Shown here piece by piece: positions 51,690 to 64,000 of a stretch of DNA of 64,000 nt. Position numbers and translations under genes: made by a program. Every line of letters starts with the position of its first letter. Within the stretch, counting starts at the first letter, position 1. The notes under the pieces are model-generated. The model had not been told where the DNA came from and made no database searches. It was given only the letters and a program-made list of their open reading frames with translations. Source of the DNA: Octopus sinensis (taxonomy: Eukaryota); contig NC_042998.1 in assembly GCF_006345805.1 (NCBI RefSeq), positions 198,524,001 to 198,588,000 of the forward strand, read 5' to 3'.

Positions 51690-53030
51690 CTATTGCCTAA
51701 TTTTTGTCAAAGATGCGTGGTCACACATTGATACAATGAATGTCAATCATTTTCAATTTTTGGTCGGTGGCTCTCTCCTAATGGCTTCTCTTAGATTTTT
51801 GACTGTTTTAATGCACCGTTTCCCACTTATGATATAGCTACATTCCAGAAAATTAAGGAGAATGAACCCCTTGTCATCTCCCAAAACGGTCTCCCTGACT
51901 TTCCATAACGGTCCCTTGCTCTTAAACTTCTGAAGTCTTTGAGAAGTAGTATGACGTTTTCGTTCTTCGACGGACCCGGCGCCTTTCGTGGAAGCTTTCA
52001 CCCGCTTCTTAGGACCGACTGACCCGTGCTCGACCGCCGTTGGCACGGAACCCTTCTCCACTTCGGTTTTCGAAGGTCTCGTTTAAGGCGGCGAGCTGGC
52101 AGAATCGTTAGCACGCCCGGCGAAATGCTTAGCCGTATTTCGTCTGCCGCTACATTCTGAGTTCAAATTCCGCCGAGGTCGACTTTACCTTTCATCTTTT
52201 CGAGGTCGATTAAATAAGTATCAGTTACGCACTGGGGGTCAATATAATCGACTTAATCCGTTTGTCTGTCCTTGTTTGTCCTCTCTGTGTTTAGCCCCTT
52301 GTGGATAGTAAAGAAATAGGCATTTCGTCTGCCGTTACGTTCTGAGTTCAAATTCTGCCGAGGTCGACTTTGCCTTTCATCCTTTCGGGGTCGATTAAAT
52401 AAGTTCCAGTTACGCACTGGGGTCGATATAATCGACTTAATCCGTTTGTCTGTCCTTGTTTGTCCTCTTTGTGTTTAGCCTCTTGTAGGTAGTAAAGAAA
52501 TAGGTATGACGTCGTTTCAAGACCATCCCCTGTCATTCGATCAGAAAAAGCAAAATGTGTCATCATTTGTTTCAAATGCTTCCAGTAGATCAGAGCAGGC
52601 TTCCATCTTTTTCTTCAAATTGACTGTCTGCCCGTTTGCTCACACTTTCCGACACCCAAGATCTTCCATCATCTTTGTTTTGCATTATGGGCAACAGTCC
52701 AACAATGCAGAAAAATCATGGACTGTGACTCGTCTGTCAGCGCGAACCAATTCGTCCACTCGGTAGAGATTCGTGTCACAGTCGACATTCTCCCACTGTG
52801 TGGTTCATCTTCAATGTTCCTTTTCCTTTGGCTAAACTTTTTTCTGTGTCAAAATTTTTTTTTGTCAAAATTGTCAAAGGTGTCATCTGCATAATCAAAC
52901 TGTGACCTGTGTTTGATTGGACAGTCTGCACCCCTGCCTTCGGGAAGAACTCAAAGACGGTGCAACGCTTTTGTTTCCAGCCCATTATTTGCCTGCAATG
53001 AAGAATAACAGGAAGGGGAGTTACCACAGA
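51690..53030 (-). mobile_element. Degenerate mariner transposase interrupted by SINE B
   Basis: RVDELVRADRRVTV...EDLGCRKV, DRMTGDG and KFKSKG..KVRETVLGDDKGFILLNFL...LREAIRR resemble mariner blocks in the expected order. Confidence 0.7.
52086..52505 (+). mobile_element. SINE family B dimer
   Basis: Head plus two units. Confidence 0.88.
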
Positions 53031-53636
53031 GGAAGATAACTATGCAATCTGAACGACCTGTATCATTTATACTGTATTCTCCCCCATCCTTCCCTCTCTT
53101 TTTCTCCCCTTCACAGTTTTCTATCTCTCTCTCTCTCCCTCTTTCTCTTTTTCTCTTTCTTGTTGCTCACATGTAACCATCGTCCATCTTTCTTTTATTC
53201 ACGTGAGCATCGTTCTTTTCCTCCACAGACGTTCTAAGCACTGGACGTCTCCTATCTATCTCTCTTCTATCTTTTCTATTTTCAAAGAAAATATTTCTCT
53301 CAGCGTTCACTATTTTCCCTTCGATCTGGTCTAACGACCTTCCATATTTGTTTTCGTTCGGTTTCCTTGTATGTCTCTACTCTCCTGTTTTTGTTCCCAT
53401 CTTTGACCCTCCATAAAATCCAGAATTTAGTTTGGAAGTTATGGGTGCAATTGTCCTTGAAGACTCATATTGTCGTTGAATGCTCGAAATGAGGAGTAGA
53501 TAGCTGACAATTGATGAAGGGCCGTTATCCGTATTACTTGTCCTGTTTTCCATTTTTTCTCTCGTTTTTGCGTATTGGACTCATGTTTTCGTATTTCAGT
53601 TGTTTTTACTGTTGGTGACGTTTCTGTACCCATATA

Positions 53637-53718
<82 letters not shown>

Positions 53719-53989
53719 GTATATGGATATATATTATATATATACATATATATATGTATATATAATATATATATATATTATAATATATAGATATATGTAT
53801 ACATATTATGTATATAATATATATACATATATATATGTAATATATAATATTCTATATGTATATATATATATATATATATGTATATATAGTATATATACAT
53901 ATTATATGTTATATATATATACATATATATATATACAATATATATATGAACAAGAGAGAAGGAGACACTGATGGTCCTATGGAAAACAT

Positions 53990-54612
53990 TTGTCCTCAGC
54001 CGCTTGGACTACTGCTGCTCCCAACTTTGTCACCACACAATATAAAACAAACAGCAGAACTCGAAGCAACTCAGAGAAGCTACACAAAGAAAATCGTCTC
54101 AATGCAAAATGTCAGCTACTGGGAAAGACTGAAGTATTAAACCTCTTCTCCCTGGAGCGGAGGCGGGAGAGATATGCAGTGATATACATCTGGAAAATCC
54201 TGGAGGGTCTTGGTCCCAACTTTGGCATTCAAAGTTACTCCAACCGCAGAACGGGTGCCGCTGCGTGGTGCCAAGGATTCCAACATCACCATCAAATACA
54301 GGTCCAGATACTGCAACAGCTTGGGTTTCAGAGGAACAGCTCTCTTTAACATCCTCCCTAAATGCCTGAGAGACTTACATGGTGTGGATGTGGGTTTCTT
54401 TAAACTAAACTGGATCTCTTCTTGTTGGGAGTCCCAGATGAACCTACCTCACGACAGGATACACGGATGCGGCAGCAGCAGCATCGAACTCCCTTGTTGA
54501 TCAAGTGTGCCACGTATCAGAGGTGGATTCACAAACTAGTGTAGCTCATTCAGCGGTGGTGCCCCAGCATGGCCGCGGCCTTCGGGCTAAAACATTTTTA
54601 AGGATTAAGGAT
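53990..54612 (+). mobile_element. 3' end of a CR1/L2-group LINE
   Basis: ELEATQRSYTKKI...SYWERLK, LNLFSLERRRERYAVIYIWKIL, ALFNILPKCLR; 3' UTR with hairpin and (AAGGATT)n tail. Confidence 0.82.
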
Positions 54613-54792
54613 TTATATATATATATCCATATATATATATATGTATATATATATATGTATATATACATACATACTACATACATCCATACATATACAATTA
54701 AAGAGGGTAGCTTATTAGCAATTAGAACTTAAAAAATAAAAGATAATAATAGATAGATAGATAGATAGATATAATAGAAGATAAGATAGATC

Positions 54793-54834
<42 letters not shown>

Positions 54835-55079
54835 ATAATATAGATAGATAGATAGTCAGGCAGACAGGTAATAGGCAAAGTTAATAGAGGTCACAAAAGT
54901 GACAGAGGCTACTAGTATCTCTCAAATGATGATAAATCCTCGTGTACACAATGAACAGCGAGAATCAAAATGAATACTTTATTCTTTATATGTTCTGGTG
55001 TATTTGAATGTTGAATATGCTAATCGATAACCATTTGGTAATTGTGATACTTCTACAATTGAAGATAATTTTAATAAAT

Positions 55080-55500
55080 AGGCGTAGGAGTGGCTGTGTC
55101 GTAAGTAGCTTGCTTACGAACCACATGGTTCCAGGTTCAGTCCCACTGCGTGGCACCTTCGGCAAGTGTCTCCTGCTATAGCTTCGGGCCGACCAAAGCC
55201 TTGTGAGTGGATTTGGTAGACGGAAACTGAACGAAGCCCGTCGTATATATGTGTATATATATATATATGTTTGTGTGTGTGTATGTATTTGTGTGTCTGT
55301 ATTTGTCCCCTCCACCAACATCGCTTGACAACCGATGCCGGTGTGTTTACGGCCCCGTAACTTAGCGGTTCGGCAAAAGAGACCTATAGAATAAGTACTA
55401 GGCTTACAAAGAATAAGTCCTGGGGTCGATTTGATCCGACTAAAGGCGGTGCTCCAGCATAGCCACAGTCAAATGACTGAAACAAGTAAACAGAAAAAAG
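55080..55500 (+). mobile_element. SINE family A
   Basis: Full-length match to the family A sequence. Confidence 0.9.
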
Positions 55501-55544
55501 AAGAAAAAGAAATAAAGAAGCTATGTATTTGATACTTGTCTTTT

Positions 55545-55700
55545 GTTCATATAAATGCCCGTAGCAGGCAGAGTTGGTTTCCGGCAGTAACGACAGCACT
55601 AACAGAACCATAAGAATGAATATATGGAAATATATCGGCAGAACAGGATACTCCTTCAAGACCAGAGTTGGTAACCACAAGTAACCTCTTACAATCTCAG
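55545..55700 (+). mobile_element. Penelope-like GIY-YIG remnant
   Basis: KYIGRTGYSFKTRVGNHK. Confidence 0.55.
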
Positions 55701-56344
55701 TATTGTGATGGGAGTCATGATACCCTCGTGTGAGGAATGGTGTGAACCAAGAGAGTATATCTGGTTTGTAGAAGTTCGTGATATTTCACAGTGAAGTCGG
55801 AAGGTGCCGGCTGGATTGTTCATTTGGAAAATCTATTGTTGGTTCAAGGGAGATTATTGGATTGTTACGTTGCTATTGTTGCTGTATTGTTATCTCGTTA
55901 TCGTATCACACTGGCACCGTGTATCGTAGGCCATTATCCCAATAGTGATGGATACAAACCGCGTTACAGCATCTGGCGACGAGTTCAAAGCTCACGTAGA
56001 TTGTATTTCACCTGCAAACCAAACATTAACCTGTTTTCAATTCTTTCTTACCAGATTGTCAGCCTTATGAAATTCCTTCCTAGCCCATTTTTTTTCTTCT
56101 GTAGCCATCAACATGATATTATTCAAGATCAACTGTGTCGATCTTACCAGTTTTGGGGTAGCCTGTAAAGACCATAGGCACAGCTCTTGTCTTTCGTCTC
56201 AGAAGGAATGCAAAAACCAAGGATACAGCCCCTTCGTGCAGCCAAATTATTCAAATAAAACACAGGAAAAAACTAAAAAATTAAAAAAACAGCTTCTGTT
56301 ATTCCTGTGTATTAATACGTTGTATACTGTATCAAACTGAGTCC

Positions 56345-56478
56345 ACATCATCATCTTTAACATGTATCCAGGGATACAGGCATCCAGCAACAGGACCTCC
56401 GTAATGCTATGATGGACCGTGAAGTCTGGCGTAGCATAGTAAATTCCATTGTCTCGACCACGGTCGAACAACGATGAT
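56345..56478 (+). mobile_element. 3' end of an RTE-like LINE
   Basis: SRDTGIQQQDLRNAMMDREVWRSIV followed by a short (GAT) tail. Confidence 0.55.
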
Positions 56479-56969
56479 TAACATGTCTCACAGCTCAAAC
56501 CTTGTACTAAATATTTTATCCAATCATTTCTCTCCGGAATGGCAACCTCTACAAGGAATCACATTTTCTTCAGACATTAGCTTACAAAAGCTGAAAAAAA
56601 AATCGTCAGCTACATTCACATTAACAGTTTGGGAAAGCCTGCAATTGTTCTCTGAACACCATTTTTTCTCTTGCTCGCACTAAATAACTGTACTAACAAG
56701 AATTTCTAACAAAAGCACAAAGCAAGAAATTATATAGGAGGACACAATAAGTCAACTATATTGACCCAGTGCTTATTTATCTAGTATTTTATTTTATTGC
56801 CCTCAGAAACATTGAAATGTGAAGTAAAGTGTGTTGACGCTGCTAACCCATTCATGACTTAATTTCTGGTTGGTAATCTGTTTCAGTTAATCTTTAGCAC
56901 CACTTTAGCATACGGTGTACCTGGCCATTTACACTTTAGCATGCTATCTAATCCTAATTCTAAGCCATA

Positions 56970-57200
56970 AGGCGGCGAGCTGGTAGAAACGTTAGCACGC
57001 CGGGCGAAATGCGTAGCCGTATTTCGTCTGTCGTTACGTTCTGGGTTCAAATTCCGCCGAGATCGACTTTGCCTTTCATCCTTTCGGGGTCGATAAATTA
57101 AGTACCAGTTACGCACTGGGGTCGATATAATCGACTTAATCCGTTTGTCTGTCCTTGTTTGTCTCCTCTGTATTTAGCCCCTTGTGGGTAGTAAAGAAAT
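56970..57200 (+). mobile_element. SINE family B monomer
   Basis: TSD taattctaagccataa. Confidence 0.9.
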
Positions 57201-58703
57201 ATAATCTTAATTCTAAGCCATAACGAGGCATGTACACGATGTAAACAAAAGGAAAAACAATACAAACGGATAAAGATTAAATCAATTTTAATGCGGAATA
57301 TTAAACTTGGAAATGCACTGTAAGATTTCATGACAGTACATAGTGCAGACAGGTGTAACACATACAAAAGCAAGGATGCATTGACAGATACAAGAGATTA
57401 AATCAATTTTAATGCGGGATATTAAACTTTCAGATGCATTGATCAGAACTAATGATGCAAAAATAATTAATGATTGTATTATAAGGGGAAATAATAAATT
57501 TTTTAATTAGAACCGTGTGTCTGGTGCGATGCAGCTAGTGCAGATACATTCGGGTTCAAACTTGTCGACTTTAACCTCAAGTCTCTTCGTTGTATCACAT
57601 CCAGTCCAATTCTTTTATGGGAAAACTAAGTTCCAACATGGTTAAAACCAGATTCAACCAGGTACGAGGTAGGGAAGGCAAGCAAAAGTAATTTCAGATG
57701 TTTCCACAGATTGGGGTAGGAATTCCATATATTCTGATGGTACCACAAACCTTCTTTGCCATTACGGCGTTATTGCATTGTGGCGTCATTTTGTAATTTT
57801 ACCAATTTCTCCTGCACATCATCCTTGCAATCGACTGCATCGACCTCAAACGGGTTGCTAAACTAATTTGGAATATTCAGCGCAATAACATCTTGAAACC
57901 GCACCACCATGTTATCGTGCAATGATTGTAAATAATTGCGATGTGTAGTTAAATCCTCATCAGTTAATTCATCTTTCAAAGAATCAAGTTGTGGAAATCG
58001 ATGGAACTGACGTTTTGAAATGTTAGTCTCATAGAACACCAATTTCCAAATGAAAGTAGTGATAAATGATTTACAATCAACGAGAGTTTTTCTGTTTCCT
58101 TGCAATAACTTATTCCTATCATTTAATTTTGTGAGTAGATCACAAAGAAAAAAGATATAGCACCTTGCAGCCATCAATGAAGCGGAGAGTGGAGTATCTT
58201 CAAAGGAAAAGATGTTATATAAAACAATTCAATAAAGCGTAAAACGCAGTTTCCTTTTGACAACCACCGCACTTCGGTTTGCTATAAGAGTTTAGTAAGG
58301 TCCTCATCATTTTTCAAACAGAATTGACCAAAAATTCGATCAGACAAGGGACTGGACTTCAATTTGTTCATAGCCTTGATAACTAACTGTAGCGCATCAT
58401 TCAATCTATCGTTCATATTTTTTGCCACTAAATGCTGTCGGTGTGCCAAGCAATGAACAGTTAGTTCTGGTAGAAAATTTCACTCTTTTGGAGAGATAAA
58501 AAACCTCTGTATCTTCCTACCATCGAAGGGGCTCCATCTGATACACAGGCAAGAATATTACAAAGTGTGATATTATGTTAAAAAAGGAAAGACTTGAGAG
58601 TGTGATAAATAGTTGTACCTTTTGAACCAAGCGGCAATTTCTCTGTGAACAGCATCTCCTCACAAGGTTGAAGGTCTTCGCTGAAATACCGAACATATAC
58701 CAT

Positions 58704-60075
58704 ATACCAGTGATTGATATCCTCACTGTTTGAGAGACATATTAGGAATAATCTCGTGGTAGTTTAGAACCATCTTTGGCTAGTTTGACCCTGTTGTTTC
58801 CACTGATCTGATTCGTTGGCATTTGGCGCAGTTTGTCTTTCGACTTATTTCGCGCCAGTGTGTAAGCCAACCAATCACGGCCTTTGGATAAGATCTCGTG
58901 ACACTGTTTTTCTGATCCTTCATTTGAGCCATCTAAAGGCTATAAAAAGGCCAGTATTCACTATTCCGGGTCTTTGGCTCTAGACCTTCTAAGGTCTAGT
59001 CACTGACCACAGAAATACTCAGCCGTGTTCCAGTTCCAACGACAGACGACCAGCCAGCCAGCCATGACGACGCTAATTACACCAGCAGCGCAAGACGTCA
59101 CCACTACCGTCGGCATTACCACCGTCCACTTCAAATATGTACACATCAACATTGTCCAGGTCTAAACTCCACGCTGAATAGTTTGTGAATAGTTCACCGA
59201 GGTAAAACAGTTGCAGTCTACCTGAAAGAACTTTCTGTATCAAGAAACTCGGCACGGCATTGAGGCCCCAACTGCTGCAAGACATGTGCCCCAACTGGCC
59301 TCTACCTCGTGTCCACAACATCTTGTTGCAGAACTCTTCGTCTACCTCTTAACTCAATATGCTGAGAGACTTATCTTATGCTCTGTATTCTGTATTCTGT
59401 TGTATACGCATACACCTCTGTCGCACAAACGAACACACAGACCAAACACATGTCGCATGCACACAGACACAACACTTCGCTAGCACTCACACACACTCTC
59501 TTTGTATACTTTTGTAAATAAAGTCTTCTTCTCTCTCAAACAGTAGAACGGTTGCTGTCCTTCATTTATTCCCTGGGCACCTATTTGTATTATGTACTAG
59601 CAGTATCGCCCGGCGTTGATCGGGTTTGTAAGGGAAATAACTATATAAGCATTTTAGAGATGTAAAGTATAATAGCTATCTCAATATGGCTAACCACAAA
59701 GGTGGGGTGTTACTGTAGCTTTTTACGTTTTGAGATTTAATAATACATTTTTAGAGAGTTACTTCCCTTATATAATAGCAAAAAAATGCATTAAAAATGG
59801 GAAAAAATGATGGTAATTTTATTTTTAATCGTAGACTCATCGTAGACGTGCGCTAATACCCAGAAGGGCTCGAAATGAATCACGACTATAAGATACCCGC
59901 TTTTGGTTACACTGCACCGCAAAATGTGGGAGTAGTTAGGAATCTAAATCGTAGGAGACAGACACACAACTTCTCTTTTATATATAAAGATTTGGCTTTT
60001 TATTGTTGGAGGCGACCGTGCGGCGTTCAAAAGGAGACATTTGTCACCAACTCCTTACGTACGATCGTATTTCTC
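58704..60075 (+). mobile_element. LTR-like insertion inside the hAT transposase
   Basis: Splits ...CLMMV / MVYVRYF...; flanked by tataccat (58696 and 60076); contains TATAAAA and AATAAA; 5' part homologous to the palindrome arm at 43938. Confidence 0.55.
59597..59990 (-). mobile_element. Non-autonomous Helitron, family H2 (single minisatellite unit)
   Basis: Same termini as 42702-43504; inserted at an AT dinucleotide. Confidence 0.85.
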
Positions 60076-60621
60076 TATACCATCATCAAACATTGACTGT
60101 CCACAACAGTTGACTCATCCACTTGTATAGAAAATTCAGAACGCTGGAGAATATTAATGAGCTGAAGTTTGACATCGTCGGCCATTTCATCGATGCTTCG
60201 AGAAATTGTCTTATTACTAAGTGGGATCTTCTTCATAATGTTATCGGGTTTTTCGTGCATAATGGTTGACAAAACCTCTTCCATAATTGGGTGAAGTAAT
60301 GTTTCTCTAATTGCGTGAGACTTCCCAGACTTAGCAACAAGCAGTGCAATGTTGTACCATGCAATCAACCCGTCATTCTCCTGTTTACTAGTTTCCTGGA
60401 GGAGCGTGTTGAATTTTTGTATTTGCTTTTTGAAAGAGGAGCTCAGTTGCAAAAAGTATGATAATGGTTTGTCCTTCTTGTCAGAATGCTTTGCTTCAAA
60501 GTGATGCTTCAAGCGTGAAAATTTCATTGCTTCATTGGTCAATGTTTGATGGCAAAGAAGGCACATTAGTAACTGACAGTTCTGAGGAGATAGAATAAAT
60601 CCGAACGAAAAATAATCACTC

Positions 60622-61020
60622 TTTTTCTTGTTTCAGTCATTTGACTGTGGCCATGCTGGAGCTCCACCTTTTTAGTCGAGCAAATCGACCCCAGGACTTA
60701 TTCTTTGGAAGCCTAGTACTTATTCTATCGGTATCTTTTGCCGAACCGCTAAGTGACGAGGACGTAAACACACCACCATCGGTTGTCAAGCGATGTTGGG
60801 GGGACAAACACAGACACACAAACATATACACACACACATACGCATATACATATATACGACGGGCTTCTTTCAGTTTCCGTCTACCAAATCCACTCACAAG
60901 GCTTTGGTCGGCCCGAGGCTATAGTAGAAGACACTTTCCCAAGGTGCCACGCAGTGGAACTGAACCCGAAACCATGTGGTTGGTAGGCAAGCTACTTACC
61001 ACACCGCCACTCCTACGCCT
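60622..61020 (-). mobile_element. SINE family A
   Basis: Match to the family A sequence. Confidence 0.9.
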
Positions 61021-61552
61021 ACTGTTGACAAATTTTCAGTAAATGAAAATGCGAAAACGAATTTCTACAAACGGCGTCATGATATTCCCAAAGTGAAGAA
61101 TTCAATAGAGCAGTCAAATGACACGTTTTTACTAGAGCAAATACGGATCGAGTTCGTTTGGTTGCCAGCATTTCAAAAATTAAAGTCTATCGAAATTTTT
61201 AGAATTTGGCACATTAATGTATCTTTCCAAGCTGGAGTTATTCAACTTTTTCCAGAAAAATATTTTAAAAAAGTTATAGCGGTTTAAAGTTTGATCATTT
61301 TCACCCAGTCAAGAAACACGATTTCAAAGCTATCATTTTGTGCGTGACTGCACCACAGAATTACGCACGACAGAATAACCCCTCATAACTTTTTTTTATT
61401 TTTCGGAGTTTTCAGAAAATTCTTGTGAATTTGAATTCTATACGCGTGACTTCATACGATTATGCAAAAAAAAAAAGAGAACATTTGTAGTGGAGTGGGA
61501 TTTAAGGCCTAGGCCTATTTGGCTGCTATTTTTAGCACGCATGACAACCATT

Positions 61553-62229
<677 letters not shown>

Positions 62230-62520
62230 ATCTCAATGATTGTGACTAAAACATTCGATTGAAAAATAAGTCCGCTTTTTTAATACAAAGAGACGTCTCA
62301 TGCGAGTAGTCAAATCTGTAAAAGTGCATCCTTATTCTAGGCAAGCCAAGATATCAGTAAATGGAGGCAGACTTAATTTCTAAACATTCATTGTCACCCA
62401 CAAAATGTTCATAACGCCCACTAAAATCTCAAATCGCCCAACATTTTCTAGAAATCCACCCAGCGCCCACCTGTAAGAAGAACTCGCCCACATTCGGAAG
62501 CTATGACCTAGAGTATTTTG

Positions 62521-62717
62521 GGCGAACCTTCGGTATATGTACCGGTGTAAGTACCGGAAGTACCGGATACATTTCAAGAAAGTGTTGTATTTTTTTTTAT
62601 ATATATGGGTGGGGGTTAGGGTTTGTGTTAGGGTTAGGGCTAGGGTTGGGAGAAAAAGGTTTGTTATCTTCAGAAATGTAAACAAAGTCACGTGTGTACC
62701 TATACCGAAGCATCGCC
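62521..62717. repeat. Small inverted-repeat-bounded element with TTAGGG-like repeats
   Basis: ggcgaaccttcggtatatgtac pairs with gtacctataccgaagcatcgcc; internal ggttagggtttgtgttagggttagggctagggttggg. Confidence 0.5.
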
Positions 62718-62802
62718 AGTATTTTACCTATATATCGCACCTGGCAGCCGTTTACATCACCCGCATGTCAAAGGTTGTATTAAAAGAGCAACCAAACAGC
62801 AA

Positions 62803-63140
62803 GGTGGGTGGTAAGTAGCTTGCTTGCCAGCCACATGGTTCCGGGTTCAGTCTTCTACTATAGCCTCGGGCCAACCAAAGCCTTGTGAGTGGATTTGGTT
62901 GACAGAAACTGAAAGAAGCCCGTCGTATATATGTATATAATATATATGTGTATATACGTATGTTTGTGTGTCTGTGTTTTCCCCCCAACATCTTGTGTTT
63001 ACGTCCCCGTCACTTAGCGGTTCGGCAAAAGAGATCGATATAATAAGTAGTAGGCTTACAAAGAATAAGTCCTGGGGTCGATTTGCTCGACCGACTAAAA
63101 AGGCGGAGCTCCAGCATGGCCACAGTCAAATGTCTGAACC
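62803..63140 (+). mobile_element. SINE family A with internal deletions
   Basis: Match to the family A sequence. Confidence 0.8.
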
Positions 63141-64000
63141 GGACAAATTTCCGATTTCGGTTCACTGCTTTTTATGGTCGTAATTCCCCGCCGATATGGG
63201 CATCGATGTTACAACACTCAGCTCTCCTTCACTTTCCCTGATAAATATGTAAGCCCATATACTCTTGAGGAAGAGATCGATAATTATTGGTTACTTAAGT
63301 TTTGACGGAATTGTCTGCACTACTGATGTGTTTTGGTCTTACACCGATTATTCACCTTGCTTTCAGTTTTTGTTGTCCCATAATTTCACAACTGAACGAT
63401 TGAAGAATACTTCAGGTAACTCGACTGTTTACACCTGATTCATTAATGATAATAATATGTTGGATTGCGTTACATAACGTATACATAAACAGTTTATAAC
63501 TATACCCGTTTACATAATTTCTATTTGTTTAATTACCCCAATGATCCTTGCTTACATATTCAAACATTTGCTTATTTCAAGACATTTAATTTCCCCTATC
63601 CTATGTAATCCAGATGGATGTGTGTATTTACAAGTACATTTATAAATATAACTTTGGATATTAGTTTTTCTTACAGTACCACGCCCGCTGATTTTTATTT
63701 AATTACGAACATGAATAATACATGTACCTATAATTATTGGTTTTTATTTAATTGCTAACATGAATAATACATGTACCTATAAAATACTTGGTCCCTTGCA
63801 ACGAAGAGAGAGAGATAATGCATGGTTTGTACCCGGTATTTAGTAATATCACCCAATATATTTATTAAAATTCCCTGCTATTAGCTTCTTTAAGTTATTT
63901 CCCTTCGCCCGTATTTGTTTATAATTAACTAACATCCGATTAATGGTATTTATTTGTACGAGTATGTTCGTAGAAAATACATCTTACTCATGTTATGTTA

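Larger units (their letters stand above)
57505..60620 (-). mobile_element. Degenerate hAT (Buster/Charlie-like) transposase with nested insertions
   Basis: BED finger CLLC...LKHHFEAKH, IPLSNKTISRSI, FSIQVDEST, MVYVRYF...EEMLF, VHCLAHRQHLVAK, TEVRWLSKG, FPTSYLVESGF. Confidence 0.88.

Noticed and set aside
53450-53545. Hammerhead-like TTGAAGA...GAAA and TTGATGA motifs
   Set aside because: Core and stems too degenerate to support.

Overview
Repeat-rich eukaryotic DNA. The SINE families, microsatellite load and AT content point to an octopus (coleoid cephalopod) genome; this is an inference from repeat content. The only host gene I can support is ECSIT on the minus strand: two spliced coding exons at 4518-3996 and 1764-1541, with the 3' exons lying left of the window. 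The remainder is mostly transposable elements: three tRNA-derived SINE families, degenerate LINEs (RTE, CR1/L2, HERO-like), Penelope-like GIY-YIG remnants, non-autonomous Helitrons and a Helentron-like element, Tc1, mariner and hAT (Buster-like) fossils, and a young non-autonomous LTR element with a tRNA-Trp primer-binding site. The most notable unexplained structure: (i) three plausible type I hammerhead ribozymes, one of them inside a ~200-bp element bounded by inverted repeats; (ii) SINE multimers built from a precise 183-bp unit, each flanked by a single target-site duplication (TSD); (iii) two diverged paralogous ~230-bp modules 8 kb apart that conserve only NF-kB-like and CRE-like motifs; (iv) a ~100-bp-arm palindrome; (v) a SINE flanked by a 145-bp duplication; (vi) a LINE and a SINE sharing a 3' hairpin with compensatory changes. 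Most ORFs in the supplied track are artefacts of SINEs and microsatellites. Repeat boundaries were read by eye and are approximate unless a TSD or terminal motif is quoted.
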